A stretch of 64,000 nucleotides of DNA, from assembly GCF_009914755.1 (NCBI RefSeq), contig NC_060933.1; one strand, written 5' to 3'. A program made the position numbers and the translations under genes. How positions within the stretch are numbered: the first letter of the stretch is position 1; each line of letters begins with the position of its first letter. Below are positions 60,430 through 64,000 of this stretch, piece after piece. The notes below the pieces were generated by a model. The model was not told where the DNA came from, did not search any database, and was given only the letters and a program-made list of their open reading frames with translations. Source of the stretch: the human T2T-CHM13v2.0 reference genome, Homo sapiens.

Positions 60430-63120
60430 GGAGAGGAAATCATCAGACCTTTCAGGGACTACTTGACACTATCTCTGAACTGACACTAATTTCAGTAGAC
60501 CCAAAACATCACCATAGCCAGTCAGAGAAGGGACGTACAGAGATCATGTGATCAATGGAGTTTTACTTCGAGTCCATTTCCCAGTGGGTCCTGTGGGTCT
60601 CTGAACTGATCCTGTGGTTATTTCCCCAGTACCAGATGCAAAAATAGAATAAACATAGCAGCTGGCAGAGTCTCCACATTGGAGCCCTGATCTCTGGAGT
60701 GAAGGCCGTTGTGGTGGGAAAGGCCAAGTGGAAGCCGTCAGAACTTCCATGACTTAGGAAAATAGTAAATCAAAAGCAATACCACATTCCTGGAGAGACT
60801 GCAGAGATAGGGCCATCAGCAAAGACTTGAAAGATGCACAGGTAGTTATTCCTACTACATCCCCAATATATTTTCCTTTTAAAAAAGGCATACTGCAGAA
60901 AATTTATGGATCCTGGAAAATGACAGTGGATTATCATAGGCTTAACCAGGTGGTGACTCCAATTCCAACTGCTGTACCAGATGGGATTTCATTGCTTGGG
61001 CAAATTAAAACATCCCCTGGTGCCTGGTTTACAGCTATTAATCTGGCAAATGCTTTGTTCTCCATCTCCGCACCTAAGACCTACCAGAAGTAGTTTGTTT
61101 TAAGCTGGCAAGGCTAGTAATATACATTCACTGTCATACCTCAGGGGTATATCAACTTTCCAGCCTTATGTCATAATTTAGTATTCAAGCATCTTGATTG
61201 CCTTTCCTTTCCACAAGACATCACACTGGTCCATTATATTGATGGCATTGTGCTGACTGGACCTTGTGAATAAGATGTAGAAACTACTTCAGAATTACTG
61301 GTAATACACGTGCATATCAGAGGGTGGAAAATAAATTTGACTAAAACTCACAGGTCTAGAAAGTACATTTCTAGGGTTCAAGTGGGGGATATGTCAAGAT
61401 ATCCTTTCTAAAGTGAAGAATAAGTTGTTACAGCTGCCCCTCCTGCAAGAAAGAGGCCCAATGCCTAGTAGGCCTCTTTGGATTTTAGAGGCAACATATT
61501 CTTCAGTAGGGTGTGTTACTTCAGCACATTTACCAAGTGGCTTAAAACCTGCTAGTTTTGAGTGGGGCTCAGAACAAGAGAAGACTCTGTAGCAGGTTTA
61601 GGCTTTTGTTCAAGCTGCTTTGTCCCTTGGGCCATATGATCCAGCAGACCCGATGGTGCTTAAAGTGTCAGTAGCAGATAAGGATGCTATTCGGAGTCTT
61701 TGGTAGGCACCTATAGGTGAAGCATAGCCCATTTGGATTTTGAAGAATGGCTCTGCCCTCATCTGCAGATAACTACTCCCTTTTTGAGAAAGAGCTCATG
61801 GCTTGATAATGGGATTTAGTAGACACTGAGTTCTTGACCATGAACCACCAAGCTACTGTGCAACCTGAGCTTCCCATCATACACTGAGGGGTATCTGGCT
61901 CTAAAGCTCTAAATTTGGGAACACACAACAACAGTCCATCAGCAATTGTAAGTGGTATATACAAGATCATGCCTGAGCTGGTCTTGAACACCCAAGTAAG
62001 TTACACAAACAAGTAGACCCAAATGCCCACTTCTTTAAGAAAAGGAATTAGTCCTATTGCTGTTGAAGTGTCTTCTCTCTCCCAGACTGTACCTATGGCT
62101 TCATGGGGAGTTCCTTATAATCAGTTGACACAGGAAGAAAAGACACAGGCCTAGTTTGCAGAGACTGCAGTCAATGGTGTGGCTGGATGATCAGTGTTTT
62201 GGAAGAAACAAATCATGATTGGCAAATTAGTGACAAAGAAATTTGGGGAAGAGGCATGTAGATAGACCTCTCTGAATACTCAAAAAGCCATAAAGATATT
62301 TGTGTCCTATGTGAATGTTTACCAAAGAGTGACTGTAGCAGAGGAAGATTTTAATAATCAAGCAGAGAGAATGATTTGTTCTCTGAATACCAGACAGTCT
62401 CTTTCTCCAGCAACCCCTGTCATTGCCCAATAGGATCATGAGCAAAATGGCCATGGTGACCAGGCAGAGGTTATGCATGGGCTCAGCAACATGAATTTCC
62501 ACCCATCAAGACTGACGTGGATATAGTCATTACTGACTTCGCAGAGACCAGTACTGAGCTCCCCATTTGGCACTATTATCTAGGGTGATCAGCCAGCTAA
62601 TCTAGTGGCAGTTTGATTACATTGTATCACTTCTATCATTAAGGGGGCAGAGTTTTTCTTTACTAGAATAAACACTTACTCTGGATACAGAATTGCATAC
62701 AATGTTTCTACCAAAACTACCCTGCATAGACTTACAGAATGCCTTATCCATCATTACGGTTGTCTACATACCATTGCTTCTGATTAAGGAATTCATTTCA
62801 CAGCAAAAGAAGTACAATAATGGGCCCATATTTATGGAATTCATTGATCTTGCCATGTTTCTCACTATTCTGAAGCAACTGGCTTGATAGAATAGGGAAA
62901 TAGCCTTTTGAAGTCTCATCTATAGCACCAGCTAGGTGACAATACTTTGCAAGACAGAGGCAAGGTTTTCCAGAAGGCTGTATATGGATTGAAGCAGCAT
63001 TGAACATATGGTGTTGTTTCCTCCAGAGCTAAGATTTACAGATCTATAAATCAAGGGCTGGGAAATGAAAGTGGTGCCGCTAAATATTACCCCTAGTGAC
63101 CCACTAGCAAAATTTTTGTT
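60430..63120 (+). pseudogene. pol: ERV-L pro-pol remnant (many stops and frameshifts)
   Basis: Protease GLLDTISELTLI; RT GSWKMTVDYHRLNQVVTPI.TAVPD, AINLANALFSI, LPQGYIN, VHYIDG (61229-61246); integrase WQFDYI and IASD*GIHFT. Confidence 0.85.
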
Positions 63121-63129
63121 TCTTGTTCC

Positions 63130-63420
63130 CAAGACCTTCCCCTCTGCTGGCTTACAGGTCTAGTTTTATAAGGAGGAATGTTTCCACCAGGAGATACAAT
63201 GATGTTATTGAAATGGAAGTGAAGACTGGCATTCATCCACTTTGGACCCTTTATGCCTCTGAATCATGCAGCAAAGAAGGGAGCTATAGTGTTGGCTGGG
63301 ATAATTGGTCTTTAATACCAAGGGAAAACAATCTATTACTCCACAATGGAGGTAAGGACAAATACATCTGAAACACATGTAATTCTTTAGTGTCTCTTAG
63401 CATTAGCCCTGATTAAGGTC
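63130..63420 (+). pseudogene. ERV-L dUTPase remnant
   Basis: Located downstream of integrase as in ERV-L; gcaaagaagggagctatagtgttggctgggataatt reads AKKGAIVLAGII. Confidence 0.6.
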
Positions 63421-64000
63421 CAGTGATTAAGGTCAATGAAAAACCACAACCCAATCCACACAGTAGCATGAATGACCCAGATCCTTTAGGAATAGGAGTT
63501 TGGATCACTCTACCAGGAAAAGAAATACTAGATGAGGTTATTGCTAAAGGCAAAGGGAATACATAATGCGTAATAAAATAATATCAACTATGACTATGTT
63601 ACCAGTTACAGAGACATGGTTTGTAATTATGAGTAGTTCCTTTTTATTTTGTTGTGAATACATGTGTGTGTATACATACATATTAAACAAATATCTTTGC
63701 TCTCTTTCCTCTTTTTTCTCTTATGTTATGTACATAACATATATTGACTTTATGTCATTATCTAAGTATTATTGATTTAACATAAAAGTATTTAAAAAAT
63801 ATGAGAAGAGTAAACAGCACTCAAGGACTTTACCATTTCTTCTTAGAAAGGGACTAGTTCAATTTTAGCTGCATGTGGAATACAGTTGTATCATGTTAGG
63901 TGATACAACTTGTGACCTTGTTATTGTCTTTACTGAGGATCAAGTATGGTTTAAGGAGATATATGTCTGGGTGCCTAGTTGACAAGTTGGTTGACAAGTT

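Larger units (their letters stand above)
59698..64000 (+). mobile_element. ERV-L internal region (deleted gag, pro, pol, dUTPase), 3' LTR expected just beyond the window
   Basis: PBS-like ttttggtac after the LTR; protease, RT, integrase and dUTPase remnants; ends gggtgcctagttgacaag as ERV-L internal regions do before the 3' LTR. Confidence 0.9.

Noticed and set aside
60827-61093. Domesticated or active reverse transcriptase
   Set aside because: Only 88 aa are open, with downstream stops and frameshifts and a YIDG catalytic motif.

Overview
AT-rich primate genomic DNA, probably human or another great ape (AluJ/S/Y, an L1PA2-like 3' end, THE1 LTRs). It looks intergenic or deep-intronic. I find no credible cellular protein-coding gene, RNA gene or CpG island. 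The supplied ORFs are Alu, L1 or ERV-L fragments, or chance ORFs. Most of the window is decayed transposon: about 18 Alus, several multi-kb L1s, L2/MIR, DNA transposons (MER3, MER5, MER20, MER8, Tigger3), MaLR/ERVL LTRs and a decayed ERV-L provirus at 59.2-64 kb. Repeat annotation does not explain a recurring set of locally templated, mostly inverted insertions copied from DNA no more than about 2 kb away (at 10.1, 12.5, 19.7, 20.3, 29.6 and 57.6 kb). These are of different ages and resemble replication template-switch or polymerase-theta repair scars. There is also an old L1 with a clear twin-priming 5' inversion. Subfamily names come from recalled consensus sequences, and the boundaries of old repeats are approximate.
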